From Candidatus Thorarchaeota archaeon (GTDB lineage: Archaea; Asgardarchaeota; Thorarchaeia; Thorarchaeales; Thorarchaeaceae): DNA of 33,503 bases. Positions within the stretch are counted from its first letter, which is position 1, and each line of letters starts with the position of its first letter. Below the pieces are notes generated by a model that saw only the letters and a list, made by a program, of their open reading frames with translations, was not told where the DNA came from and ran no database searches. This document shows positions 8,852 to 17,784 of the stretch, in pieces. A program made the translations under genes and the position numbers. The stretch spans positions 1 to 33,503 of the forward strand of contig DXJO01000002.1 of NCBI GenBank assembly GCA_019057475.1. The letters run 5' to 3'.

Positions 8852-9595
8852 ATGTCAATTGCTTCATTGAAAACGCCACTTGGTGTCTTGCGTGTCGTGA
8901 TTGTACTGGCAATTTTCATATCCACTTTATTTCTGATAACCATGATAAATCAGGGTACGCCCAATTGGAATTTACTAGCTACATCAGCGTTGATTGTCAT
9001 TCTAGCTTTCGTGAATTTCATGGATAAGAGAGCTACAGAGAAGTGGTCCCGTTTCGCACTACTCATGTTCGTTGCAATGTTCATTTGTTTTGTAGGAGAC
9101 CTCGTCATGGCATCAGTATTCTACATCACCACAGACCCATTGATCAACGGTGTTCTCATGTTTTCGCTGGGGCACGTGGTTTATCTTCTGGCTCTCAAAG
9201 ATCGTTCGCCCTTACTTCTAAGGAATGAATCGCCCAGACTAATCATGCGAAATGTGATCATCTGGATTGTCAGCATTGTGATCGTTATTATCCTGTTCGT
9301 CCTGACTCTGTATAACCCAGCTGAAATGGTCATTAGTATGGGTTTGTTTGGCTATGGGATTCTCCTGACAACAGTTCTAGCATTCAGTCTGTCAAAGTGG
9401 TTTGATAACTGTCCTAAACTCTTCGTCATCTGTCTTTTTATTGGGTTTCTGTTATTCTTTATTTCGGACTACATAATCGGGTATCGAACATTGACTGATC
9501 CAACTTTTCTCAGTGGTACAGAAGCAGTTGGTGTGACCTATATCGGTGGTCAACTTCTAATTCACATTTCATCTGTATTTGGTAGTGAGGCTTGA
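8852..9595 (+). CDS. YhhN/lysoplasmalogenase family membrane protein
   Basis: GD...LM, G..MFSLGHVVY, FFISD..I and TY..GQ motifs of the YhhN family; about 8 TM segments. Confidence 0.75.
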   Translation: MSIASLKTPLGVLRVVIVLAIFISTLFLITMINQGTPNWNLLATSALIVILAFVNFMDKRATEKWSRFALLMFVAMFICFVGDLVMASVFYITTDPLINGVLMFSLGHVVYLLALKDRSPLLLRNESPRLIMRNVIIWIVSIVIVIILFVLTLYNPAEMVISMGLFGYGILLTTVLAFSLSKWFDNCPKLFVICLFIGFLLFFISDYIIGYRTLTDPTFLSGTEAVGVTYIGGQLLIHISSVFGSEA

Positions 9596-9726
9596 GTTAA
9601 ACACAGTGTAGAAGGAGCACCTCCTCGCAGCAGGGCATAGTGAAGTTTGCCTTTGGCAGAATGCTTAAATTAAATATAGTGAATTACTCACTATTCCGAT
9701 TAACTAGTCAATGGAGATACAATGCA

Positions 9727-10581
9727 GTGGTCGAAATTCGAGGAATCAGAACGGTATTCAAAAGTAAGCCAACCACGGAAGGTGCAGGCGTTCGGCTGAA
9801 ACGTGTCTTCGGATACAATGAAGTTGAACTCATGGACCCATTCTTGTTGCTTGATCATTTCGGCTCAGACAACCCAGATGACTACCTGAAGGGATTCCCA
9901 TGGCATCCACATCGGGGAATTGAAACAATCACTTACATGATTGAGGGACAAGTGAAGCACGAGGATAGTCTAGGTAACAGTGGCACCATTGAGTCAGGAG
10001 ATGTGCAATGGATGACAGCTGGGAGCGGCATCATCCACCAAGAGATGCCAAATCGTACAGACGGCATGATGATGGGTTTTCAGTTGTGGGCGAATCTTCC
10101 CAGTTCAAACAAGATGATGCATCCTCGATATCAGGGTATCAAGGAATCAGAGATACCTGAAGTTGTCACAGAGAGCGGTGCTAGAGTGAGAATCATCTGT
10201 GGGAAACTTGATGGGACCTGCGGACCAGTCCGTGAGATTGTCACAAACCCAGAATACTTGGATGTAATTGTACCTCCTGGAACTGGATTCACACACTCTG
10301 TGAAACGTGGACATACCGTCTTTGCATACGTTTTCGAAGGCGAGGGATATTTCGGCCAAGATAAGGAGAAACTCATTGAATCAGACCATCTTGTATTGTT
10401 TGAAGATGGTGAGCAGGTAGTTGCCACAGCAGGAGAAGAACAACTCCGGTTCTTGTTGGTTTCAGGAATGCCTATTGGAGAACCAATTGCTTGGCACGGA
10501 CCCATTGTTATGAATAACAGAGAGGAACTTGATGAAGCATTCCGAGAGTACCGAAGTGGCACCTTTATCAAACACAAGTAG
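9727..10581 (+). CDS. pirin family protein
   Basis: DPFLLLDH, FPWHPHRGIETITY, QWMTAGSGIIHQE and GPIVMN. Start moved from 9640 to the GTG at 9727, after GGAG at 9713. Confidence 0.95.
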   Translation: MVEIRGIRTVFKSKPTTEGAGVRLKRVFGYNEVELMDPFLLLDHFGSDNPDDYLKGFPWHPHRGIETITYMIEGQVKHEDSLGNSGTIESGDVQWMTAGSGIIHQEMPNRTDGMMMGFQLWANLPSSNKMMHPRYQGIKESEIPEVVTESGARVRIICGKLDGTCGPVREIVTNPEYLDVIVPPGTGFTHSVKRGHTVFAYVFEGEGYFGQDKEKLIESDHLVLFEDGEQVVATAGEEQLRFLLVSGMPIGEPIAWHGPIVMNNREELDEAFREYRSGTFIKHK

Positions 10582-10662
10582 AACGTTGCGGAACAAAGCC
10601 AACTGCGTTTAATCCTTGAGCCCTTCTCCACCCATCGCATGACGTCAGAACACCTAGATCAT

Positions 10663-12069
10663 TTAAGCCCTGCGCGTCTGTAACGGATATCCTGCCCGTT
10701 TCCAACCCCTCAGACCATCCAACGGGATACCAACATTTTGGAAGCCGGCCTTGGCAAGAATACTTGCGCCAGTTGTGGCACGCACGCCAAACGGGCACAT
10801 TGTTGCGATGTGGGTTTGTGGGTCAACCATCTCGATATCTTCAGCAATGCTGGTCAATGGAGCCAGAAGAGACCCTTCAATGAGCTCCTTCTCGGTTTCA
10901 TGTGGCTGTCGAACATCAAGAATCTTGAGCAAATCCCTATCGACTTGCGTTCTGAGTTCCTGGGCTGAATATGTCTTGAACGACTTGACAGACCTGCCAG
11001 CCTCAAGCCAGCTCTTGATTCCTTCAGTCAGGTACCCGACAATTGAATCTAGTCCTACCCGAAGGAGCATGCCCCGTGCGTCACGCAAGTCAGCCTTGGC
11101 ACCTAGCGCAAAGAAGAAGTCCTTATCATCCTCAAGCACCCAGCCTGCAAATAGGCCCATGTGACTCAGCGGAAGGCTGATAGAATGAGGAATGTGGCCC
11201 TTCACAAACTCGGATGCAGAGCGCGTATCTAGAATGACATTCTTGTCATCTTGCATCGCTTGCTCAAAATCGTCAACGTTCATCTCTAATGGGGAAGGAA
11301 AGTCGGCTACAATAGGTGGGCCGATAGTGTTCAAATGCTCGCATCGCTTGAAGTAGGGCGCCCTTGTGAGTCGCTGGTTAATCTTTCGCTCCACGAACTC
11401 ATCTTCGCCAATGCTGAGCCAAGGATTGTATGCTCGTTCATACCCGATTGTGGTTAGGTCCCTCTCGCCAATTGCCGCTCCACAGACAGACCCCGCTCCG
11501 TGTCCAGGGTAGACCATAACGCCATCCTTGAGAGGAAGCACTTTGTCATGCAAGCTGTGATACAATTTTCTCGACATCTGTTCGTGCTTCTTTATGTCTA
11601 CTAGGTCAGTCCTCCCGACTTCGCCTACAAACAGTGTATCACCTGTGAAAACCGCAACTGGATCAAAACCCACACTCTCATCGGAAAGAAGGTAGCACAT
11701 GCTATCATCAGTATGTCCTGAAGTATTCAGACAAGTAACTCTGATTTTCCCCACAGTGAAGACATCGCCGTCACCAATCTGCAAATCGCCGTACTTGAAG
11801 CGCGTGGCATCACTATGTCCAATCTGTGAAGAGGGTACTCGGTGTTTCACATCACAAGAGCCAATCACGTAGTCCTCATTCCGGTGGGTTTCAAACACGT
11901 ACCGTATCTCAGCCTTATCCTGCTTCGCGATGTTGAAGTAGATATCAGCATCCCTTCGAGGGTCAATAATCATCGCTTCTCCTTCTGAGCTTACAAAATA
12001 CGATAGAACTGCGAGACCTTCAGAGCGAACTGTCGTGATTCTCAACGGGACCGCCTTGGGTGTTGCCAA
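10663..12069 (-). CDS. MBL-fold hydrolase (persulfide dioxygenase-like) fused to two rhodanese domains
   Basis: ETHRNEDY (variant of HxHxDH), GHT, FTGDTLF...GRTDL and YPGHGAGSVCG. Rhodanese motifs LDTR...GHIP and LDVR...CPFGVR...GW. Confidence 0.9.
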   Translation of the reverse strand: MATPKAVPLRITTVRSEGLAVLSYFVSSEGEAMIIDPRRDADIYFNIAKQDKAEIRYVFETHRNEDYVIGSCDVKHRVPSSQIGHSDATRFKYGDLQIGDGDVFTVGKIRVTCLNTSGHTDDSMCYLLSDESVGFDPVAVFTGDTLFVGEVGRTDLVDIKKHEQMSRKLYHSLHDKVLPLKDGVMVYPGHGAGSVCGAAIGERDLTTIGYERAYNPWLSIGEDEFVERKINQRLTRAPYFKRCEHLNTIGPPIVADFPSPLEMNVDDFEQAMQDDKNVILDTRSASEFVKGHIPHSISLPLSHMGLFAGWVLEDDKDFFFALGAKADLRDARGMLLRVGLDSIVGYLTEGIKSWLEAGRSVKSFKTYSAQELRTQVDRDLLKILDVRQPHETEKELIEGSLLAPLTSIAEDIEMVDPQTHIATMCPFGVRATTGASILAKAGFQNVGIPLDGLRGWKRAGYPLQTRRA

Positions 12070-12151
12070 GGCACGCAGCTCGCATTTAAGGTATCAGATA
12101 GAATCAACACTGTCAGAAAGCGGTGGTACCACTAAGTCGCTTCCATGCAGA

Positions 12152-13297
12152 TTATCGAACCCATTCCTGCAAAAGCCGAACGGCCCGATTCAATCTCAAT
12201 GAGTGGGCATGAGCAAGAATTTGCCTTTGGTCGTCAATCGCCTTCATTTGCAGTGAGAGTTCACCGGATTGAGCCATGGACACAAGTTTCAGGATTGCAT
12301 CGCGGTCTTCTTTTGGAGTATATGTCAGGATTTCCGCTAATTCTGAAACTCCGCATAATGCATCGTAAACGACTCGAACGAGAGACAGTACCTTAAGTAG
12401 TAACGTTTCGTTTCCATAGAGAGAGGGGTTAGTAATTAGCTCTACAAGCGAACACCTGGCCTCCTTTGAGCTCACCGCACGAAAAAGCTCGATGCTTCCG
12501 TCCAGCAGTTGTACCATGCCGGACTCTAAGTGATTAGCAAGGTTCTGTATCAGGCTCAGAGCGTGCTTTGCATTCTCATCGAGGGTTGATTCCACTTCTG
12601 CTCGTCTGACAGGCAATTGTGCACTCTTCTCATCGATGCTCATGTTCGTGCCTGCATGATATACAGTATGCCTGTCACCATCCACAGGTTCCACACAACC
12701 TGACAGAATAGAGAGAAGGTCGCAACCACAGCAGTTGCATATTGTCGCACCAACAAGAGCACGTTCAAGCTTGCCAAAGACACTCATTACTTGGTCGCGG
12801 TCCTTCACTCGTCTCATGTTGATACGGCCGTCCTGAAGAACGGTGATGTTCATCTCATCAACATCAGCTCGACCATATCCGAGGTCACGGCTACACTTGA
12901 CAAGATCAAACTGCGATTGCAGGCAGTTCATCAGGTCGCAAAGCGTTCGAGGGTCAAACACGGCAAATCGCATACTCTCACCGGGCTCAACGCCATTATG
13001 CAGGCTGAGCTCGGCCATCACTCTATCATTTGTGTCCTTGCAGGGTTGTGTGAACAAGACGCCGCCTTCAGGCAACTCCGGTGCAATTCCCATGCGAGGA
13101 GTGGAATCCCCTTTCAACATCGCCTCAAGCTCCGCTCTCAGGTTACCGTAATCGCGGAGCCCAAGAATCGGACAATCATCTAACTCAAGCTGTCCAACAA
13201 CCAAGGCTCTTGCAAAACCTGTGCAAGCGGCCCTGCCGCAAAGCCCACAGTTGATTTTCGGGGTGCGCATCCACGTCTTAACCCAGGTGTTACTCAT
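12152..13297 (-). CDS. Fe-S cluster-binding protein of unknown function
   Basis: N-terminal NCGLCG...C...CP motif of the RnfB/AcsC-type FeS domain, with further Cys motifs (QPC, KCS, CNCCGC). Confidence 0.8.
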   Translation of the reverse strand: MSNTWVKTWMRTPKINCGLCGRAACTGFARALVVGQLELDDCPILGLRDYGNLRAELEAMLKGDSTPRMGIAPELPEGGVLFTQPCKDTNDRVMAELSLHNGVEPGESMRFAVFDPRTLCDLMNCLQSQFDLVKCSRDLGYGRADVDEMNITVLQDGRINMRRVKDRDQVMSVFGKLERALVGATICNCCGCDLLSILSGCVEPVDGDRHTVYHAGTNMSIDEKSAQLPVRRAEVESTLDENAKHALSLIQNLANHLESGMVQLLDGSIELFRAVSSKEARCSLVELITNPSLYGNETLLLKVLSLVRVVYDALCGVSELAEILTYTPKEDRDAILKLVSMAQSGELSLQMKAIDDQRQILAHAHSLRLNRAVRLLQEWVR

Positions 13298-13422
13298 TCA
13301 GATTTGCCTCGGCTTTCTTGGGTTGCACTCTGCCGCTGTTTAACGTTGTGATATAAGCGGGTAGAGCGGGCTTCGTCAGTTTTATTAGACTAACACAGTT
13401 CGCATCTAGAGAGTGTTGAGTC

Positions 13423-14013
13423 ATGGAGCGAATACGTCAACGTCTGAAATGGGGTCAAAGGACTGAGCTCGCAAAAACGATATTCCTGTTTGTCATTGTG
13501 ATAGGCGGCACTCTTACGGGTTACGGCGTATTCATGTTAGGGATGGGGACTGCCACTCCATTAGTAGTTGTCACTAGCGAGTCGATGGTTCCAACCTTGG
13601 AAGTTAACGACCTCCTAGTCCTGCAGGGGCGGGCTCCTGAGGATATCGCTGTAAACGACATCATTGTCTTCCGGGCGAGCTGGTACACTGAAGCCCCAAT
13701 TGTGCATAGGGTCGTATCCATTGAAGAAGTGAATGGCACTTACAGGTACTACACGCGCGGCGATAATAATCCATCACTGGATTTCGGTTATCGTACTTAC
13801 GAGGACATCGTCGGCGTGCTTGTCTGGAGGATTCCTCAAGTCGGAGGAATCAGTATCTTCCTGAGAACTTGGCCAGGGATGCTCTTCATGGCAGCTGTGT
13901 TCATTGCAATCCTCATTGTTCCTGAGTTCGTGTGCAAGGACAAGGAAGAGGAGGAAACTCAAGAACTCATAGAATCGCCATCAGCTGTCAAGGAACCCGC
14001 TACAGACGCGTAG
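13423..14013 (+). CDS. sec11: signal peptidase I, archaeal/ER (Sec11) type
   Basis: VVTSESMVPT (catalytic Ser), PIVHRV (His) and TRGDNN; N- and C-terminal TM helices. Confidence 0.93.
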   Translation: MERIRQRLKWGQRTELAKTIFLFVIVIGGTLTGYGVFMLGMGTATPLVVVTSESMVPTLEVNDLLVLQGRAPEDIAVNDIIVFRASWYTEAPIVHRVVSIEEVNGTYRYYTRGDNNPSLDFGYRTYEDIVGVLVWRIPQVGGISIFLRTWPGMLFMAAVFIAILIVPEFVCKDKEEEETQELIESPSAVKEPATDA

Positions 14014-14084
14014 CTTCATTGGGATTGATTTATCAATCCAGAGTGGAAGGCGTGACCTATCCAACAAGAAGGAGATAATGTGGT

Positions 14085-14828
14085 ATGTCTTCAAGGGCTC
14101 AGAAGTACAAGAACAAGAATATGATTCCAGTCGTCATAGTGTGGATAGTACTAGCGATTATGGCAGCTCTGCTTTGGCAATACGACCCCAACAACGCCAT
14201 TCTGGCTATGTCGGTGCTAGTTGTCTTGATCATTGTGGTCCTACTGGGTTGGGGCGAGAGTATTAGTGAGATTGTCGAGGACATAATGGAAACAGTTGGT
14301 CCGCAAGTGGATGAGGAGCCTGACAAAACGAAGCCTAAGGCAAAGCCCAAGAAGAAGAAAGCATCGAAACCAGCTAGAAAGCCCGACAAGCACGAGGAGA
14401 AACATGTACCCGAAGCTGTGCAGCCGAAAGTCGAGCTGAGCCAACTGCCAATCGAAACCATAGAAGGCATTGGAGAGACCTATGGGTCCATGCTTCGAGA
14501 TGAGGGCATTGATTCTGTTCAGGACTTGCTCGGAGCGCAACCGGAGAGAGTTGCAGAGATTTGTGGTGTGGGCTCCGAAGTCGCAGGCAAATGGGTTGCC
14601 ATGGGACGCTTTGCATGGATTGATGGTATCTCAGAGGAGGATGCCGAGGCTATTGTGTTCGCCACGGGTATCACAACCCTAGATGATCTTGCGGCGGCAG
14701 ACCCAGAAGCCCTGCTCAGGAAGGTGAAGTCAGCCCTAGCATCTGAGGAGTTCAGAGTGCCAGCAGGCTACAAATTCGACATTAAGAAAGTTCGTGGATG
14801 GGTTGCCGCGGCGAAAGACCTGATTTGA
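14085..14828 (+). CDS. membrane-anchored helix-hairpin-helix repeat protein (DUF4332-like)
   Basis: Two N-terminal TM helices, a Lys/Pro-rich linker, and HhH repeats IEGIGETYGSMLRDEGIDSVQDL and IDGISEEDAEAIVFATGITTLDDL. Confidence 0.8.
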   Translation: MSSRAQKYKNKNMIPVVIVWIVLAIMAALLWQYDPNNAILAMSVLVVLIIVVLLGWGESISEIVEDIMETVGPQVDEEPDKTKPKAKPKKKKASKPARKPDKHEEKHVPEAVQPKVELSQLPIETIEGIGETYGSMLRDEGIDSVQDLLGAQPERVAEICGVGSEVAGKWVAMGRFAWIDGISEEDAEAIVFATGITTLDDLAAADPEALLRKVKSALASEEFRVPAGYKFDIKKVRGWVAAAKDLI

Positions 14829-14937
14829 CACTGAGCGGCCTGGATGTACTGGTTGAAGAGATGGTTCATAGGGTTCAAGGATTGATTATAGAGGTCCGTC
14901 AATCAAATGGCAACTGGAACATTTGCGCAGTGATCGA

Positions 14938-15069
14938 ATGAGTTTGACATTGTATAGTAGCATAGCCCTCTTGCTAGCAGCTTTGGTTTTCTTCTCAATA
15001 GTCTGCGGCAAGAAAGAGGAAGAGCCAGAGCCCGAACCGGAGCCTGAACCAGAGCCGGACTCAGACTAA
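14938..15069 (+). CDS. unannotated 43-aa single-TM microprotein with (EP)6 tail
   Basis: Hand translation gives MSLTLYSSIALLLAALVFFSIVCGKKEEEPEPEPEPEPEPDSD*. A GTGA SD-like element lies upstream, and the EP repeat uses varied synonymous codons. Confidence 0.7.
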   Translation: MSLTLYSSIALLLAALVFFSIVCGKKEEEPEPEPEPEPEPDSD

Positions 15070-15082
15070 TAGCTCGTGAAAC

Positions 15083-15325
15083 CTATCCGCCGCCCACTGG
15101 CGGAAACATAACAACTCTGTCCCCATTCCTCAGAGCGGACAGCAAATCAGATGTCTGATTGTCATTTACAAATACAATCCGAGCTTGTTCCTGAGTGAAG
15201 CCGAGTTGCTCTATAAGGTCGGAGATTGTCGCCCCATTGAACTCAACTTCAAAGAATTCGCCAAGTTCATTATCAGGGGGGGCGAGTTTGCGGAGAGTTG
15301 CGTAGAGCTTTACAAAGACCTTCAT
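15083..15325 (-). CDS. MoaD/ThiS-family ubiquitin-like sulfur carrier (SAMP-like)
   Basis: Beta-grasp pattern MKVFVKLYATLR...VFVND...LRNGDRVVMFPPVGGG with a free C-terminal GG. The ATG at 15325 is preferred over the GTG at 15334. Confidence 0.9.
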   Translation of the reverse strand: MKVFVKLYATLRKLAPPDNELGEFFEVEFNGATISDLIEQLGFTQEQARIVFVNDNQTSDLLSALRNGDRVVMFPPVGGG

Positions 15326-15334
15326 GCTCCCCAC

Positions 15335-15643
15335 CTAGTAGTAATCGACGTCAACATCCTTTCGGGTGTAACCGTGGCCCTTGAGGTGCTGACCTCCGCA
15401 CAGCAGAACCATGTTGAAAGGAAACATGCCCAGTCTGTCACCGTCAGATAGTCTGTCGCCGTGCTTGACTAGAGTCCCGTTCAAGAAACAGTCGCCCAAG
15501 TCACATAATTTCAGTCCGAGCCGCTGCACAAGTTGAGCGAATGTTTCATTCTCAATGAATTCATACTTCAGGACTGTATCCTCGTTTGGTTTGGCCCCAG
15601 GAATAAGGGATCGCAGTTTCCCATAGAGGTGTATCTCGAGCAT
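15335..15643 (-). CDS. MoaD/ThiS-like ubiquitin-like protein with internal GG and C-terminal extension
   Basis: MLEIHLYGKLR...FLNG...LSDGDRLGMFP aligns by eye with the downstream paralogue, then continues FNMVLLCGG plus 18 aa. Confidence 0.8.
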   Translation of the reverse strand: MLEIHLYGKLRSLIPGAKPNEDTVLKYEFIENETFAQLVQRLGLKLCDLGDCFLNGTLVKHGDRLSDGDRLGMFPFNMVLLCGGQHLKGHGYTRKDVDVDYY

Positions 15644-15709
15644 TACTACCAGTTCTCAATCTTTTCACAGATAAGCTGTTTCATCAGAGCGCACTCTCAA
15701 GCAAACGGT

Positions 15710-15742
15710 AAAAAGAAGAAGCGAGGGAGCCGAAGCTCCCTC
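15710..15742 (-). terminator. hairpin + U-tract terminator downstream of aor
   Basis: The minus strand reads GAGGGAGC-TTCG-GCTCCCTC (perfect 8-bp stem, cUUCGg tetraloop) followed by GCTTCTTCTTTTT, about 20 nt after the aor stop. Confidence 0.75.
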
Positions 15743-15761
15743 AGAGTTGCTCTATGTTCTA

Positions 15762-17555
15762 TCACATATCCTTGTAGACCGCATCGAGTTCCTCGTCCGA
15801 AACTTCGAATACCACGTTATGTGGCGGAAATGGTTCCGTGTAGAAGAACTCCGGAAGACGATCATCCTTCGCCGTGAAACCAGCACCCTTGTTGAAGGCA
15901 CGTTCATTCTTGAGAATGGCCATTCCGTACTCGCCAACATCAATGTCTTTTCCAAGGAAGCCATTGACTGTGTCGAGCATCCCTCCAAATCCGCTATCGT
16001 CGTCAAGAACGCAAAATGCGATGAACAGACAATAACCTGTAGAATCGATGTATGCTGTTGTCGCCTGGAAGGTGCGCGATAGCTCAGCCTTGTCTATGGC
16101 TTTTGGATCGGTGACAGTTCCTTTAATTCCAACAATCTCAGCCGCTATCGTGTATCCAGCCGTGTGATCGGCACCCATTGTGGTCGTTGCATACGTGACT
16201 CCAATTCCGCGGATAGGCCGCGGATCGTAAGCAGGCAGAGCCTGACCCTTCACTACTGGAATCCTGCTAACTCCTAGAGTTTCTCCTGCAGTCAATGCAC
16301 CAGAACACACCAAAGCACCCTTTGCTGATTCAGGATGATAACCTTTCATCAGAAGCTCAATTGCGGCGGGCCCATCTCCGAAGTCAATCAGACCAGATTC
16401 CATGAACATGGCGATTGCATTGCCAGCCTCAATGGTGTCAAGACCCAAGTCATTACAGATTCGGTTCATCTCAGCCACATCGTGCAAGACACCAATGCCT
16501 AGATTGGTGCCGAACGCCCATGCGGTTTCGTACTCCAGTGGAGACACTTGTGCCTTCCCGGTTTTTTCATAGGGCACAACATTGGAACATGCTATGACGC
16601 ACCCAGGATGGCATGCATGTCCGTACTTGCCTTCAGCCTTGTCCCCGAACCTCTTACGGGTTTTATCAATGAGATCATGAACTGCCTCACCAGATATCTT
16701 GGCAGCATCCTCGAATCGTCCAGTTCTGAAGCCTCGCGTTGGCAAGGCACCAGCCTCGTTCAGTATATTCTGAAGGACATTCGTGCCATAGTTCTTCAGT
16801 GCGCCATAGGGTTCACCCTTCTCATTGTTCAGTCGCCCCGTGAGAGCATGGTTGTCGAGTGCCTTCTTGAAGGCTTTCCGCCCTTTCTCAAAACGATCCT
16901 TGTCCTTTGCTTCAGGACGTGAGCCGTCTGATGCGTCTGAGATGATGGCTATAATACGCTTTGAGCCAAGGACTGCGCCGAGACCACCACGACCTGCGTA
17001 GCGGCCAGGGTCGGTGTTCTCAACATTGTTTCCAAAGACCCCAGCACCCTTGTGAAGACGCTGGCCTGCAATCCCACACCCTATGATGCCCGGCTTGCTC
17101 GGATAGTCTTTCCAAATCTTGCCTATGAGTTCGTAGAGGCCTATTCCGGCGTAGTCACTTGTCTTCTTGACCTCGCACTTGTCCTTGCCAATGTAGATGC
17201 TATACCAGTCCTTTGTTTCAACTGGCGGTGCACCCTCGATGATGACACCTTGCAGGCCAAGGTAACCAAGCCTTGTAGCGGTGAGTCCGCCAGCATTTGC
17301 TTCTTTAATGCCTCCAGTCAAAGGAGACTTCCCACCCACACTCAAGCGGCCTGAGGATGGTGCCATCGTTCCAGCAAGAAGTCCTGGCGATATGATGAAC
17401 TTATTCTTCTCACGAAGTGGATGACACGTTGGATCTACCTCGTTATGTATTACTGCTGAAGTGAACGCACGACCAGCAAGGGTCTCGTACTTCTTCGGCA
17501 GGGTTTCCCACTTGTGACCTAAATCACTCATATTGATGCGTAATATCTTACTCAT
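15762..17555 (-). CDS. aor: aldehyde:ferredoxin oxidoreductase family tungstoenzyme
   Basis: ILRINMS, KSPLTGGIKEANAGG, AGRGGLGAVLGSK, CHPGCVIAC, EYET, LGLDTI, PAYDPR, GADH and DDRLP. Confidence 0.93.
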   Translation of the reverse strand: MSKILRINMSDLGHKWETLPKKYETLAGRAFTSAVIHNEVDPTCHPLREKNKFIISPGLLAGTMAPSSGRLSVGGKSPLTGGIKEANAGGLTATRLGYLGLQGVIIEGAPPVETKDWYSIYIGKDKCEVKKTSDYAGIGLYELIGKIWKDYPSKPGIIGCGIAGQRLHKGAGVFGNNVENTDPGRYAGRGGLGAVLGSKRIIAIISDASDGSRPEAKDKDRFEKGRKAFKKALDNHALTGRLNNEKGEPYGALKNYGTNVLQNILNEAGALPTRGFRTGRFEDAAKISGEAVHDLIDKTRKRFGDKAEGKYGHACHPGCVIACSNVVPYEKTGKAQVSPLEYETAWAFGTNLGIGVLHDVAEMNRICNDLGLDTIEAGNAIAMFMESGLIDFGDGPAAIELLMKGYHPESAKGALVCSGALTAGETLGVSRIPVVKGQALPAYDPRPIRGIGVTYATTTMGADHTAGYTIAAEIVGIKGTVTDPKAIDKAELSRTFQATTAYIDSTGYCLFIAFCVLDDDSGFGGMLDTVNGFLGKDIDVGEYGMAILKNERAFNKGAGFTAKDDRLPEFFYTEPFPPHNVVFEVSDEELDAVYKDM

Positions 17556-17607
17556 TCCGAATCGTTACCCCCGGATATTTTCTGAATAAACAAAACCTCC
17601 TAATAAC

Positions 17608-17653
17608 CGATATGCTTCGAAAAGCACATCGATATGAATCATTATGCATATCG
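17608..17653. promoter_or_regulatory. two overlapping 24-bp palindromes CGATATG-N10-CA(C/T)ATCG, ModE-box-like operator
   Basis: CGATATG cttcgaaaag CACATCG (17608-31) and CGATATG aatcattatg CATATCG (17630-53), in the divergent aor/kbl promoter region. Confidence 0.6.
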
Positions 17654-17784
17654 CTTTGGTTGGCCTGAAATCCCACCGAAATGGTCCGAATTCTGCGTAA
17701 ACAAAGGTTTCATATAGCTGAAAAATCCGGCCCCGCGTAGATTGACCCGAGGATGGGTTGCTAGATTACGAAATCAAGGTGACA

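Noticed and set aside
15016-15057. GAGCCN tandem DNA repeat as a microsatellite
   Set aside because: It is better explained as coding sequence for the (EP)6 tail, because variation is confined to synonymous positions.
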